From Verrucomicrobiota bacterium (GTDB lineage Bacteria > Verrucomicrobiota > Verrucomicrobiia > Limisphaerales > Palsa-1400), in assembly GCA_049510745.1 (NCBI GenBank), contig JBEKYR010000044.1, forward strand, positions 1 to 42,702: a stretch of 42,702 nucleotides of DNA, read 5' to 3'. The stretch's first letter is position 1, and every line of letters starts with the position of its first letter. Under the pieces are notes generated by a model, which had not been told where the DNA came from, did no database searches, and worked only from the letters and a program-made list of their open reading frames with translations. Of the stretch, positions 42,501 through 42,702 are shown in pieces. The position numbers and the translations under genes were made by a program.

Positions 42501-42624
42501 GGCTGGCTCACGAAACCTTTTTGGGAACCCCCGGACGCGCGGCAGCGCGTCCCTACCAGATTTCGGGTGGTAGGGACGCTCTGCCGCGCGTCCGGGGCGC
42601 AGAGGGGTCTTCATGAGCCAGTCG
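42501..42624. repeat. GTAG-type REP doublet (REPIN-like) inside an outer inverted repeat
   Basis: CCCCGGACGCGCGGCAGCGCGTCCCTACC-11nt-GGTAGGGACGCTCTGCCGCGCGTCCGGGG; outer arms GGCTGGCTCACGAA / TTCATGAGCCAGTC. Confidence 0.75.
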
Positions 42625-42702
42625 GGCGGGCCGGCGGGCACATCTCGGTTTTTGGACCTCCTGCGACCCTGTCCGATCCCTGCCAAAAACTGAGCTGCGC
42701 GC

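Overview
High-GC bacterial chromosome segment, most consistent with Verrucomicrobiota (Pedosphaera/Limisphaera-like). This rests on the long-form IspG, the GloVer/TIGR03803-type repeat protein, SMUG1, a DUF6600-like protein and a PQQ-like propeller; the taxonomy is inference. The backbone is housekeeping: katG, tadA, folK-purM-tyrS-lactonase, rseP-ispG, a Deg protease, PGM/PMM, cobA-hemD, SMUG1 and a MoxR-DUF58-transglutaminase triad. The unusual content lies between these genes. (1) A 4,718-bp transposase-free insertion (32713-37430) has TG...CA ends, imperfect terminal inverted repeats, internal copies of the end motif and an exact 9-bp target duplication (GTCCCCTAC). It splits a DUF1624 gene and carries one ~1,390-aa secreted beta-propeller/Ig/plant-type-LRR protein. 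(2) Five toxin-antitoxin loci keep an intact antitoxin while the toxin is cut to an N-terminal stub; there is also one intact MNT-HepT pair and a dinD relic. (3) Several families of dispersed palindromic repeats are built from 6-, 7- and 9-mer periodic arms, and one hairpin recurs twice with compensatory changes. (4) Sigma70-like promoters repeatedly sit 6-7 nt from start codons, suggesting leaderless mRNAs. No rRNA, tRNA, CRISPR array, transposase, integrase or reverse transcriptase was recognised. All family assignments are from motif recognition, not database searches.
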